From assembly GCF_964204645.1 (NCBI RefSeq), contig NC_134027.1, positions 18,562,560-18,626,559 of the forward strand: a DNA stretch of 64,000 bases. The letters are read 5' to 3'. Below, piece by piece: positions 51,700 through 64,000 of the stretch; positions within the stretch are counted from its first letter, which is position 1, and each line of letters begins with the position of its first letter. The stretch is from Tubulanus polymorphus. Its lineage: Eukaryota > Animalia > Nemertea. The notes under the pieces were generated by a model, which saw nothing but the letters and a program-made list of their open reading frames with translations, was not told the DNA's origin and ran no database searches. A program made the translations under genes and the position numbers.

Positions 51700-53366
51700 C
51701 ATTTAGGTCTGTCTGCAGAGTTTCCAGAACCTGTCATGTTAGGGCCCAAGACCTGACATGACAGGTGGGACCTCAGGTGACAGGTCGATTCGCTAAAATA
51801 AAAATCGCTATGACTGAACCGATGATAGGCGATTAGAAGATATGATAGGCGCGGATTTATAACAAATGATAGCCGATAAGAACACAAAGAACATATCGTA
51901 GTGCTTTCTGAATATATTATTCAAAAACAAAAAAGAAACTATGATGTGTTATGAATTCATTTAAGAATTTATGTTTGTCCGTTTATAAAAAGTTGTTGAA
52001 CTATATCGCCTTATAATAATAAAGATGGAATGATTGTGAATTATTGGAGAACATTGAACGAATTGTTTACAATCAATTTAATTTTTTGTAACACGAAACA
52101 TAAAAATATCAAGATCAGGCAATGATACCAGTAGTTCCTTATGTAATCATAATCAGTATTAATAACAATCATTATACTCATTAAGATCAGGCCCTATATT
52201 ATTATATATTATTATTAATTACTCGCGATATAATTAATAAACCAAGTGTACATACAATTTAAAAACATATCAGTCCAAGCTTGTTGACATAGTTAATCTT
52301 AAGTTACTATAAAACAATAATTATGATGCGAGACCTCATCTGCAACGCGCGCTATTTTGCAGAGCTTCCTTGGGACCTGTGGTGACAGGTCTGCATTAGA
52401 ACTGATGAAATGAAGGAAAAACATTAATTTTATTGTCTCTTTATAGTAATGAGTATAATATCAATAGCTAACCATGGATATAGTTAATCTTAAGTTACTA
52501 TAAAACAATATTTATGAAGTGAGACCTCACACGGCAGCTCGCGCCATTTTGCAGAGCTTCTCGAGACCTGAGGTGACAGGCCTGCATTAGAACTGATGAA
52601 ATGGAAAAAACTTCACTTTTTATGGTATCTTTATAGTAATGAATATAATATAGATTGCTAACCATGGATATAGTTAATATTAAGTTACTATAAAACAATA
52701 TTTATGAAGTGAGACCTCACACGGCAGCTCGCGCCATTTTGCAGAGCTTCTCGGGACCTGAGGTGACAGGTCCGCATTAAAACTGGTATAAATAGAAAAA
52801 AAACTTCATGCTTTAAATTGATGAGTTGATTTAAAATCAGTCTAAATCAGTCTCTATATTGCATTCGGCTCTAATATGTACATCATAAAGACAATGAATA
52901 TATAAATAGTGACACTTCAGGACACTGAGGAGTGTTGCCGAACTGCGATAGTGAGCAGATAATTTTCAGTGTCTTATTGCGGAAACGAAATATCAAGACC
53001 TCGATTCATCTAGCGAAAATATTCTCTTATAATGTGCTCTTACTTCTACATAAATTAATTCATCTATGCCTGAAACTTATTTTTTCCCTTTAATACAGAA
53101 ATAAGTCATAGTTTACACATAAATATTTTCTTCTTATAAATCAACCTTCCAAATGAACTATTTGCCTGAACAATTTCCTTATCGTTATTATTGAATCATT
53201 TTCAATATCAACGACGGGTCAGAATATTCATTCAACTCAAAATGTTCTTCCATTCGTCTAGCACATGCCTAGATATTTCGCCGTTTCGTCAAATATTGTC
53301 ATGAGTTTGGGTTTTTTCGGGACCTGACATGACAGGTTCTGGAAACTCTGCAGACAGACATCAATC
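51700..53366. mobile_element. 1.67-kb TIR element with 8-bp TSD ATTCATTT and internal ~191-bp tandem repeats
   Basis: TIR core GTCTGTCTGCAGAGTTTCCAGAACCTGTCATGT at 51707 and inverted, ending 53359. ATTCATTT at 51692-51699 and 53367-53374. About 2.7 units starting at ~52289, 52480 and 52670. Confidence 0.8.
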
Positions 53367-53812
53367 ATTCATTTCCGGGTTTCATTTTGACAGCCGAAGA
53401 AACGGCAAATATAACGTATGAACGCTTCAATAATTCGGACACGCGCCTATGAGTCACTGATTCAGTCACAACTGGCATGATTATTGGGTACCCACAACCA
53501 TAATTCGGGTGATAGTGACAAGTGTGTAGATCTGCAAGTCAACGCCGACGGCTTGCTTCCTAGTTTTTTTTTACCAAAAAAGGAACAAATCCTAAAACAG
53601 AGACGTAAGTAGGCCCACAGGGGTTTATTGACGGGCTTGGGTTCAACTATATCGTATCACTCACAACCACCTGTTGATGGCTAAAGTCTACTGTCTGTCA
53701 CACATGTTCTCCGTGGGACGTTTTGGGCCGTAATTTCGTTAATAATTGGTTTAGAGGTAGTCTGAATACCGGTCGTTATGGTTCCCTACAATGTCAGACG
53801 CTAAAGCATCAT

Positions 53813-55520
53813 CAAGTCGACTTGCATATGTATTTCTACGGGTATCCCGTAAATTTACGTGACTCACGTAAATATAGGTGACTTCCTGTAGATTAGGCTA
53901 ATGCTTTCTGTCGCAAAGTTTACTTGTGCATAATATCCATATTTTTGATTTTATAATTTGTCATTTCAGGTAGAATATACTCCTATAAATCTGTATTAAC
54001 TGTCTTATTTCATTAATTGCAGTTTCATTAAATAAAACACTGTCTAAGAATTGATTTTGAATGAATCAGTGTTGACTATCCATGTGGTGGCAGCACAAGA
54101 CGGATCCAAATATATGCGGGCTGTTTCTAGCTGAAATAACTAGTAATGCAAATGTATTATTTCGGGTGTATTTTAAGAATATTTAGGCTGAAAACATAAA
54201 TAGCGGTATATAGATATTGAAAATCAAGAACCTAGGTATTCATCACAATTCAAAGTTTATTCAGTAGATTAGAAGACAAAAATTAATTTTAAAAAAAGGT
54301 AATCAAAACAAAACATTCCGGTCAATCAAAAGATCATCGTTTATTCTTTTTTTTTAAATTTCAGTGTTATTTTTGCATTTCATTCAACATACTAACAGCA
54401 TGTATATTATTATTATTATTATGGTATTTTAAGTGCCGGAATCCACTTAAGTGATCAATGACACTTTATTACTGAATAAATCTAATGTGGTGAAAACAAA
54501 TGTATAGGCCTATTAGTTATACATACTGTTAAAAAGTTCGTTTCAGCTTCCACAATCTATGTTTATGGGAAATGGTTCTTAAGAAAAAGGTACTGTACCA
54601 ATTTATTAATTTCAATTATATTTAAAAAGGTACTGTACCAATTTATTAATTTCAATTATATTTAAAATGTGCAAATTATTGATATAAGGCTGATAAAATT
54701 ATAGTAATAAAAGCATATGATTAATTTAAATTGCTTTCTTTGAAAACTTTCGATATTAATGTGAGATTTGCTCCTTCTTCTATGCCCACTCCTGGTGTCT
54801 GTCATTTGCTGAACACTTGAGCCTTGAAGCTCGTATTACTGGAAGACAAAGAAATAATAAATCATTTCGTTGGCGTTCATCAAAAACAAGAAAATTGGAA
54901 ACTGAGATAGGCTTGCTGTAAGAATTTATTTAAAGTCAATAATCTTTTTCTACAATGTCGCGATGATGATTTAATTCGCTCTTAGATATTCAACAGTGAT
55001 ATCTTCACCTAAAAGAATGTTTTTATAGGTTTCCATACCTGCTGTAAGCATAATTTATAACACTCTGAATGAGACTAGCGTACACGGGGCATCGGAGTCA
55101 TCTTTGAAAAATAATTACTCCCAAACGCCACGCAGGAATCTCGTAGTACACGGTGAAATCGTTTGTATACTAGTTTACTTTAACCTAGAAAAGATTCAGC
55201 TTCCCACGTGCAATGATAAAATACCACGGCTCTATTTACTGAAGGAAGGCAAGGCAAAATAATTGTGCGAGTCACTTCAGACAGTTGCAGTGATCGCCAT
55301 CTATGTAGTAACTAACACATCAATATTAAAAAACAAAGAATAAGTTGTTTCTAGCCTTTTTAAACCTTATCCAATCACGAACAACGTAACATAAATGTTT
55401 GAGAGGCTAAATATAATTGGTCAGACTGAGTCAGAAGGTAGTCACGTTTATTTACGGGATTTTCCAGATGTCACGTAAATTTACGGGATACCCGTAGAAA
55501 TACATATGCAAGTCCACCTG
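53813..55520. mobile_element. 1.7-kb non-autonomous TIR element with 5-bp TSD ATCAT
   Basis: ~50-bp TIRs (CAAGTCGACTTGCATATGTATTTCTACGGGTATCCCGTAAATTTACGTGAC and its inverse). ATCAT at 53808-53812 and 55521-55525. Confidence 0.85.
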
Positions 55521-55998
55521 ATCATAGGCCTATAGAGGTTAACTCCTGTTAATTGCAATGCAACAACTGATTTTAGTGTCAAATCAAACCTTTGTACTAA
55601 AATATATTAATCAATCTTGTTGACTTTGAAAATGTGTTTTATAATGAAATATTTGATGATTTAAATCGCGAACCGGAGAATTTATTGATTTGGTTTGAAT
55701 TGAATTGATTGCCACTATCGGGATTTCCAATACGGACTAAATTAATAAAATGTGAAAATTCAATATATATCTCTAAAATTACTCTAAATGTTATTTTTTG
55801 TTGATAAAACGCATCACTTTTGGTCAATTTTAACCATAAGAATTTGAAACAAGAATAATATCTGCATTGGCATCAATGTCAGTCCAAGTTCAAGTCAGAA
55901 TCTGTAATTAACACTCCCACCATGCACCACGAAAAGCCGCCATATTTGTTATGGTGCTTCACTTCAACTGTTTTTTGAGGCGACTAGGCAAAAGTTTT

Positions 55999-56749
55999 GG
56001 CGCTATTACACTTTCGTAACCCCCTCCCAAAAATTTTTATTTCAGCATATCTCTTATCAGGGAGGTCTAGGGATTCAAAATCAATAACTTTTGACCCGCA
56101 TGGTTCCCACAGAACAGGGAAATTGGGAAGAACTTGGGAATTTTGAAATAGTGATTCCCGGTTTGGAAATATTTGGGAATTTGAAAAATTTCCCTCAAAT
56201 AGGCCTAAGGGAAATATTTGGGAATTCATTGCATTTCACATATTGCATTTGCCAATTTCCCTTGTAAATCACCTTTGTCAACCAGTCACCGCTAAAATGT
56301 TGACTGTTGCATGATGATATACTTGTTCATTTGCATTTGGGAAAATTGAGAAATCACCCATGAAATACTTGTGAAAAACTTGGGAATTTTGAATTCATCT
56401 AACTGTGGGAACTATGGACGCGTATGTCTGCATTATTTTCATACTTAGCTATTGATTTAAAGATGTTCTGATGAAGAAAAGTTAAATGCCCAAAAACGAA
56501 ATTTTGTCAATTCAATTAAATTCATTGAGATATATTTATTCAGATGTTTTTAGGTGGTAATTAGTGCGGAAACATGGCCGACCCGTCGGTTTGAATCGAG
56601 GAAATCAGCCCCAAATTATCAGAATTTTGGCTTGGGAAAAAATTTTCTTTTTGTCATAAGTAATTTATTTTGACTCTACAGTCCTTCCTGATTAATAATA
56701 TACAGAAATAAACATTTTTGGGAGGGGGGTTCTAAAGTGCAATAGCGCC
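55999..56749. mobile_element. TIR element (GGCGCTATT.CACTTT..AACCCCCTCCCAAAAAT) with 8-bp TSD AAAGTTTT; contains a nested CATGGTTCCCACAG-TIR MITE (56099-56416)
   Basis: TSD at 55991-55998 and 56750-56757. The host repeat has an uninterrupted empty-site copy at ~50100-50338. Confidence 0.85.
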
Positions 56750-57203
56750 AAAGTTTTGAGCTACTATGATCGTCAAAAGCTACTTAGGATTAAGAATCTA
56801 TGCACAAACAATAGTTAACCTCCATCTGATTACAGAACAGTCAGTTTGAGGTAAGTTAATTGGTGTTTTAAGGGGTGAAATAGACGCTCAAAGCCTCGTC
56901 CCTCATAATGAGGGACGAAAATTAACCTTATATGAGCACTTTCGCCCTAGACGTTGTTTGAGGAACAACGGCTAGGTACTAGACTAGTTTAGAGGTTGCC
57001 TAGTGACCATGGGGATGGAAGGAAGAATGAACATCTAAGCTCCATGTAAATTCTACATATTTAACAGAAACAACATCTTCCTGCCATCTAACTTAGCAGG
57101 ACAATGTTAAATAATACACAGGGATTCTTCTGAATATTGCTTCAACAACTACGATCTTCCCTAAGAAAATCTGTGAGTGTTTAAAAAGTGAAATCTTTCA
57201 TCT

Positions 57204-57690
57204 GTGGGAAATCATCCAAGCAACTTAGCAACCACCAGTCAGCAACCATTTCAGACAAGGGAAACCATGGCAACTAAGGTAAAGGGCTGGGACAAAAAAG
57301 GACAAATTCATGAAGAAGCTCTGAAGTTTGCTGATAGTCTAGCAGAACTGGACAATGATTGTGATTCCACACTAGAAGAAGATGATGAATGGGGAAGCTA
57401 TGTACCATGTTCTAAATGTAACCATCTGTTTAATTTTGAAAAAGAGATTGTTCAGTGTTCCAAGTGCGGTCAGTCAATTTGTAATAACTGCTCCAAGGGA
57501 GCTGAAAATGCAGAGAATCTGCTGGTCAAATATCTGTGTAGTCCATGTTCGACTGATTTTCAAACTTGAGCTGAAGTTTCAACGGATGGAGACCATTAAG
57601 TTGGAAGAACATGAGAGAAATATTCTTGAACGCTATAGAGATTTAGAATCCCAGATAACCAAAATACATCAAGAAGTTTCTGCAAAAGAA
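57204..57690 (+). mobile_element. Probable LINE ORF1 remnant: PHD/FYVE-like Cys finger plus coiled coil
   Basis: CSKC..QCSKCGQSICNNC..YLCSPC followed, after a frameshift, by LELKFQRMETIKLEEHERNILERYRDLESQITKIHQEV. Truncated by the repeat at 57692. No introns. A PHD finger plus coiled coil is typical of CR1/L2 ORF1. Confidence 0.55.
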
Positions 57691-57691
57691 A

Positions 57692-57930
57692 GCATATTTT
57701 GTTACCATGATCAATTGCAAAGTTGTAGTTTATGACATGTTCTATGATTGTGGTGAGTTTCAAGGTCATTGGGTTTTGCATATGATCACCAGGGGGCGTT
57801 GAATAGTAGAATAACTTAGTATTTCCATATTAAATTGGTAAAGGGGCATATTTTGTTATCACAATCAATTACAAAATCATAGCTGCTGACATGTTCTATG
57901 ATTGTGGTGAGTTTCAAGGTCATTGGTTTT
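57692..57930 (-). repeat. Isolated fragment of the ~154-bp family A tandem unit
   Basis: Nearly identical to ~59293-59530. Confidence 0.8.
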
Positions 57931-58224
57931 TAAAGATTTAGTGAGTAAGCAAAATCAGCTGGCTGTTGCTATAGTCACGGCAAAGAGTGGTAGCAAGAGC
58001 AAGAGTTACGAATGAATTCAGATTTGCTTTGCTACCTTGTTGCATTTCTGATATATCTTAGAATTATTTTCAACTCTTGGGATATCCAAGAGTGCAGAAC
58101 TTTTATAAATAGTTTTCATAGGTTTGTTTTGAAGGTGTCACGGGTGTTTTGATGGACCAATTTCCTGGAACCTGCTGGATTTAGAACATACAACACAGCT
58201 GTAGAGGCAATAAGTAAAATGTAG

Positions 58225-58405
58225 AAATCGTCTAGTGTCCTTCATTTGTTTCCGTATATTACGAACTGATCGCTCACTTATCCCTGTTGCCTTTCCAGTT
58301 TTGATATCTACTTTTTCAACCGTTAATTTCTTGTATTTTACACGAAAATAGTCCCAAACTTTCAAAACAATTGTATATTCCTTAGAACTATTCTGAGGCC
58401 CTTTA
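58225..58405 (-). mobile_element. Tc1/mariner-like transposase N-terminal HTH remnant
   Basis: IVLKVWDYFRVKY...TGKATGISERSVRNIRKQ resembles the HTH of Tc1-like transposases. No DDE domain is visible. Confidence 0.5.
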
Positions 58406-58410
58406 GAATG

Positions 58411-59632
58411 TTTTTTAGCCCACTTGGGACTTTAGTCCCAGCGGGCTATTGCGTTCACTTTTCGTCCGTCGTCAGACGGAATCCGGTTATTTTGGGAAGT
58501 TTTGGAGACGCTTCAATGTAATGTCTTGATATTTGGGTTACACATGTATCTACTCTAGACACATCTTCAGCCAAAAAACTGGCCCTGTCAGAGTCAAGAT
58601 GGCCGACTGGCAGCCATTGTTGTTCGCCAAAATCAACACTTTTTACACTTTTTGAACTTTTTGAAGGAAACCTTGATCTTTCGGATGTATATGAATCCCC
58701 CCAGGGCCCATCAGCATAACAAAAATTGGGTCGATCGGACTCAAGATGACCTTTTTTAGTGCCCAAAAATGTCAATTTTGGCCCGAATTCTGAGTCCTGT
58801 AGCTCCCTACTGGTTTGCCATTTCTCATTGCAATTTGTGATGGGTATTCTTTGAAAAGGGATGTTTTATACCTGAGACAGGTATTTTTGATCAGCCAATT
58901 ATAACGCAATTGGCGGCCATCTTCGTGTCATCAGTACTCATTCGAAGGTGGGAAAAAGTTTTTCCACATTATATTGATACCTAAGCGTATTTTGTTACCA
59001 CAATCAATTAGAAACTTGTAGCTCATAACGTGTTCTATGATTATGGTGAGTTTCAAGGTCATTGGTTTTTGTATATGGCCACCAGGGGCGTTGAATAATA
59101 CAATATCTTAGTATTTCTATATTATATTCGTATCAATGCATATTTTGTGACCACAATCAATTGCAAAGTTGTAGCTCATGACATCATCTATGATTGTGGC
59201 AAGTTTTAAGGCCATTAGTTATTCTATATGGTCACCAGGGGGCGTTGAATAGTAGAACAACTTAGTATTTCCTTATTATGTTGTTACCTAGGCATATTTT
59301 GTTACCATGATCTATGACAAAGTTATAGTTCGTGACATATTCTATGATTGTGGTGAGTTTCAAGGTCATTGGGTTTTGAATATGGTCACCAGGGGGCGTT
59401 GAATAGTAGAATAACTTAGTATTTCCATATTAAATTGGTAACGAGGCATATTTTGTTATCACAATCAATTACAAAATCGTAGCTGCTGACATGTTCTATG
59501 ATTGTGGTGAGTTTCAAGGTCATTGGTTTTGGTATATGGTCACCAGGGGGTGTTTAATATTGAAATTGTTAGATTGTTGAGCATTTGGAACCACTTCCCA
59601 AGTGGGCATGGTGTCCCTGGACCCCTAGTTTT
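58411..59632 (-). mobile_element. Family A DINE-1/HINE-like element, minus-strand copy with about 4 tandem units
   Basis: Reverse complement of 48468-49542, with the same termini and ~154-bp period (e.g. 59354 and 59507). Confidence 0.8.
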
Positions 59633-59639
59633 CTATTCA

Positions 59640-62220
59640 TAAGACTGAGGCCAGATGGTGTCGCAGGCATCACGTAGGATAAAAACATGAAATATAGCTG
59701 CAATACAGCGATAAAGGGTTTTCTGCACAGCCTTGTTCATATGATTCTTGATCTTGTCTGGATAATGTGTCGACCAACGAATGCGTGTATGCTGACGCAG
59801 CCCCACTATCTCATGAAAATGAAGGGAATTTAGAATCCTGTTCAACGGTCAACACAGTTTTATAAAAGGAAGGTCTACAGAAGTCAATTGGGTTTACTTG
59901 AAACCATGGATGATCGGACCAGATGGTGTTTTGACTCTGGAAAATTGATTGTTAGGCCTTAAATCTTTATAGATTTCGAAAAAGCATTTGATAAGGTACT
60001 ACATCAGCGATTAATAACAGGGATGAGAATTCCCTGTGGATTTCGGTATTGAAAAATATTAATTTTCCAAATAGTCCAAAAATGATGTAAAAGTATAATC
60101 GATGAAATAAACACCATTTGTTCATCGTATTCACTGACTTACAGCGCTACTCACTTTTAACGATTATCATGTCATATACAACGGTAGCAACACTATACAA
60201 TGGTAAGAGTTTATTAATTCAAATCACTCCCAAAACGATAAAATATTGCATGAAACTGTGAAATGACTGGAAGCTGCGAGCGATTGTCACAGATGACATC
60301 AGAAACACGCACCTGCTAAGATAAACAATAACAGTGAGCACGTGCTGAAATTGCCGATTTAATAGTCATATCACTCAGTAATGGCTGAACTGAAATTCAA
60401 ACCAGTTCCATATTTGATATTTGTGAATACGTCACATTTGAAAATTAATTTTACACAATATTCTATTTTGATGGCATATGCTCTGTAAGAAGGGGTTGAC
60501 AGACTAAACAGATGAATCACATACTAAGACAGGACACTCTTTTTGCCAAATATTCAAACATTCCTAACCACATTTTCATTCAAAATATTTTTCAGATGTT
60601 TGCACCAAGAGTTAAACATACAAAGTTAAAAACTAATCTCAGACTATGTGTACAAAGATTAAAAGTACTGGAAAAGAAAAAAAGTAAGTTTTTATTCCAA
60701 AAAGTTATCCTGCCATTAAGTGTCCCACCATTTAACAGTCCACACATATTGATAATTTCCTAACGCTTCATTTCAGCCGAATTAGCTACTAAAGCTCGAA
60801 AAGAGATTGCTGATTATATAGCAAATGGAAAAGAGGATAGAGCTAAGATAAGGGTAACATACTATTAGTTTTATCGTCACCTGATTGCTTTTGTAACAAA
60901 TAAAGGAAGGGAGGGAAAAAGATGGCGTGATGTGATATTTGAGAAGATTACTATTCACAGGTAGAACATATTGTACGTGAAGATTATTTGGTAGAAGCGA
61001 TGGAAATATTGGAATTATTTTGTGATTTACTGTTAGCTAGATTTGGACTGATTGAAACAATGACGTAAGTTAATACAGAGATGGAAATATTGGAATGATT
61101 TTGTGCGTTACTGTTAAATGAGATAAATGACCTTTTGTCACCTTTTGCATTGTGTTTGGGTGACTAAAGCTTTCATTATGGAACAAGCTCTATGTTTATT
61201 CTTATTGGAGGTCCATTTCTATCATTCTTGAGATTGATGAAGATCCGTTGAGAAAATGATCGGGGGTTAGGGCCTTTTGGAGAGTTTAGATCGTAGCACA
61301 CTTATAGAACAGAACGTAAAAGTGTCTTAAAAAACTAGTACTACGATCTCTGAAATCTTTACATTAACATTGCGACTGTCTGCACTGTTATCTTTTTGAT
61401 CAATCTATTGTGTCCATATTAATCTCTAATTCTTGGATTCTGCCAGTTAAGACTTAAACTATCTTACTGTCTGCCCATCAGAGTGCCATCTACCCATCAA
61501 AAATTGTTGCTGGTTTCCACAATCTCGTAACAAGCCTTTTTCTTCCTGGTACCAGCATTATTAGTTTCTCATGAGGTATATTGTCCTTCCACCTTATTTT
61601 GTGTTTGCAACATAAGCAGTGGTTTATTTCCATTTCTAGCATGCATATATAGGGTATACAAGGGGATTTTCGTTATTGTGGCAATATCTCATTTTGTCGG
61701 TAATTCAACCTTCTTCCCAGAGTAACTACAGATGTTAAGAGATGTATCTATTTTTGTAGAGCTATCGATGATGGATTAAGAGAAGCTATATCTAGCATTA
61801 TATGGGGTGAAGTCAGATTACATGGGGATATTCCAGAGTTTCATCAAGTAAGAAATGCTTACAAACTGCTCATGTTAAAAGTAATAGATGAAGAATGCGC
61901 ATTGGGTTTTGGAAAAGTCATTTAAGTGACATTTGCTGTGCACATGACGTTTCAGTGTCAGCTACAAATATACCGTACTCGTAGTTCCAGTTCTGTCACA
62001 ACTGCCAGCTACGAATGTATTGTAGAGATTCTTCCTATTTACAGTATTTGCACCCTGGAACATGGGAATGTCCCTCATTGGCTGGAAATATGTGCAAACT
62101 CGGCTTCATTCTCAATGGTCATTCGTTGGTCAATTTTGTGAAAAGGCTGACAATGTAACAGCTCCAGTGCCAGCGACCGAACCAAGTATATTCATAGTTA
62201 CAATTGGGGGCAGCACCATT
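59640..62220. mobile_element. Scattered, highly decayed CR1-like RT fragments
   Basis: IFIDFEKAFDKVLHQRLI on + at ~59963-60016. Weaker RT-like remnants on the minus strand at ~59640-59840 and ~60880-62220. Confidence 0.45.
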
Positions 62221-62314
62221 TGATCAAGCTGGCAGCCAATGTGTTAAATGCACACAGAACAAACAGTAAAAAAAAGTGTGTTAGACAATTTTACTATCAA
62301 AATAACTTGACATT

Positions 62315-63210
62315 TTTAGGCCAGCCGTAGGCTGAGCCTATTGCTATACAAATGGAGCGAATTTAAATGACATGGTTTTCAGAGCTAAGGCTCTTTGACT
62401 GTGCAACTGAGCATATATTCATGTAAATCATTCATTAGAACATTATCCATTCTCCAACCCCTATGAAGCTGAATTTTGAAAAAGGGCCTCGTTAAAATTT
62501 ATATGAGCTTTTCCGCGAAAATCTGAACGCAAAAATATCTGTTTTAAAAAGCCAATCAGAAAGCAAAGACTCCTCTGTGATTGGCTTAGCCGCAGAGATC
62601 AGCAGGTGTTCACGTGTGAACCCGTGGTATCGTCTACCGATTTACTTCCGGGTTTTATTTTAAGATCTAGAATTGTATTTCAAGATCGGTTTCTCTGAAA
62701 TCTTTAGTTGACTTGATTTTTGGAGGAATGTTTCTATTGGCACTACAGAAAATATCAGTCATTTATGCAAAGTCTTGGAAAATAGCTTTTTCTCAGATTG
62801 GATGGATGACCTTGATAAGCTAATTAGCCATGTGCTCAAACTGCAAATTCAATCAAATTTTATTCTGCAAAAAAATATCAAATCCAATTCAATTGTATTT
62901 TGTTGGGCAAATTAAACATCAAATCCAATTCAAATCCAATTTTTTTTTATCGAGCAAATTTTAGAAAATTCAATTCTATTCCGCATTCAAATCGATATAC
63001 CAAGGGAAAAGATTAATCTGAGGTATTTGTTCCTGCCAGCTCCAGTTGCTGTCTGTGCTACTTATGAAAACCCGATTGTTTTGTAAATTATAGCGGGTAT
63101 TGACTCGGAGCTGGGCCCAGTGAATTTTGACAAATATAACCCACAGAATGCATCATTTGTCATATTCATGAAAAGCTGATAGGCCATCGTGCCACTTGGG
63201 GCTCTTGTTT
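62315..63210 (-). mobile_element. Family B HINE-like element, compact copy
   Basis: Termini are the reverse complement of those at 29542 and 31935. Inverted relative to the copy starting at 63624. Confidence 0.75.
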
Positions 63211-63623
63211 TCAAATTTCCCTGCGTACGCACAGGGGATGCAAGCGCTTACGCTGTGAATGGGCTAGTACTGGTTCAAATGGCTTTTAGATAGTATTATA
63301 CAGGGTGTCTCAGAAAATGTGTTGCCCTTTGCCTTAAGGTTTACAATTCATTAACTATGAATTTATTTATTATTTTGGGAGGTAAAGTTGGTAGACCTGG
63401 ATGTCTAGTTGAGAATGAAATGTTGAAATGTAGAAATAAATCATGCATGGCTGAGCACTAGCATGTTTATGAATCGCCATTAATATGTTGTCGAACCAAA
63501 TTTGCGGATTGTTCCATTGTGTACGTCTATTGTTAAATGACCACCTGCCTGTTGGAAAAATTGATTTAAAATAAAAAAATTATTGAATTTCACTTCTTGT
63601 GACCTTTTCCTGTTGGGAAATGT

Positions 63624-64000
63624 TAAAAGAGCCCCAGGGGGCACTATGGCCAGCCTGTCAGCTTTTCATAAAATAGCAAATAATGATGCATGCTATGGGT
63701 TAAATTTGTCAAAATACACTCCCAGCTCAGAGTCAATATCTAATAATTTACACAATACAATCGTAGAATACAAAAGTAGCACAGACAGCGACTGGATATG
63801 GCAGGAACAAATACCTCAGATAAATCTTTTCCCTTGGTCTTATTGATTTTAATGCGGAATAGAATTGAATTTTCTGCAATTTGCTCAATAAAACAAAATT
63901 GAATTGGATTTGATGTTTTTATTTGTTCAATAAAGTAAAATTGAACTGGATTTGATATTTTTTTGCAGAATAAAATTTGATTGAATTTGTAGTTTGAGCA
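63624..64000 (+). mobile_element. Family B HINE-like element, runs off the window end
   Basis: AAAAGAGCCCCAGGGGGCACTATGGCCAGCCTGTCAG... aligns as the reverse complement of ~62835-63210. Confidence 0.75.

Noticed and set aside
53418-53604. ATG-initiated frame with a single in-frame TGA before a donor site (selenoprotein?)
   Set aside because: There is no redox motif or recognisable family and no SECIS assignable. More likely a non-coding or uORF-containing exon.
57204-57569. Host FYVE/RING zinc-finger gene
   Set aside because: It lacks the FYVE R(R/K)HHCR motif, is frameshifted into a coiled coil and is embedded in TE debris. It is better explained as a LINE ORF1 relic.

Overview
This is AT-rich eukaryotic genomic DNA with spliceosomal GT-AG introns and dense transposon debris. 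It looks like a marine invertebrate, possibly a lophotrochozoan; the species cannot be determined from sequence alone. The ORF track largely misses the real genes. Reconstructing exons by hand gives five protein-coding genes. (1,2) A head-to-head pair of unrecognised secreted prepropeptide genes: gene A on the minus strand, 12333->1024, ~242 aa, and gene B on the plus strand, 15217->20267, ~311 aa. They share one architecture: an 18-nt ATG exon, a phase-0 intron, a signal-peptide exon, then only phase-1 symmetric, mostly micro-, exons. They encode acidic, Cys-free precursors with many dibasic cleavage sites, Gly-basic amidation signals and amphipathic helical peptides. (3) A PQ-loop membrane protein. 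(4) A three-exon AQP4-like aquaporin ending in the PDZ motif -SSV. (5) TMEM70. The rest is a decayed non-LTR retrotransposon, CR1-like fragments, nested Harbinger and other TIR MITEs, DINE-1/HINE-like satellite-carrying elements, a tRNA-derived segment and microsatellites. All gene models are manual predictions with no transcript or database support.
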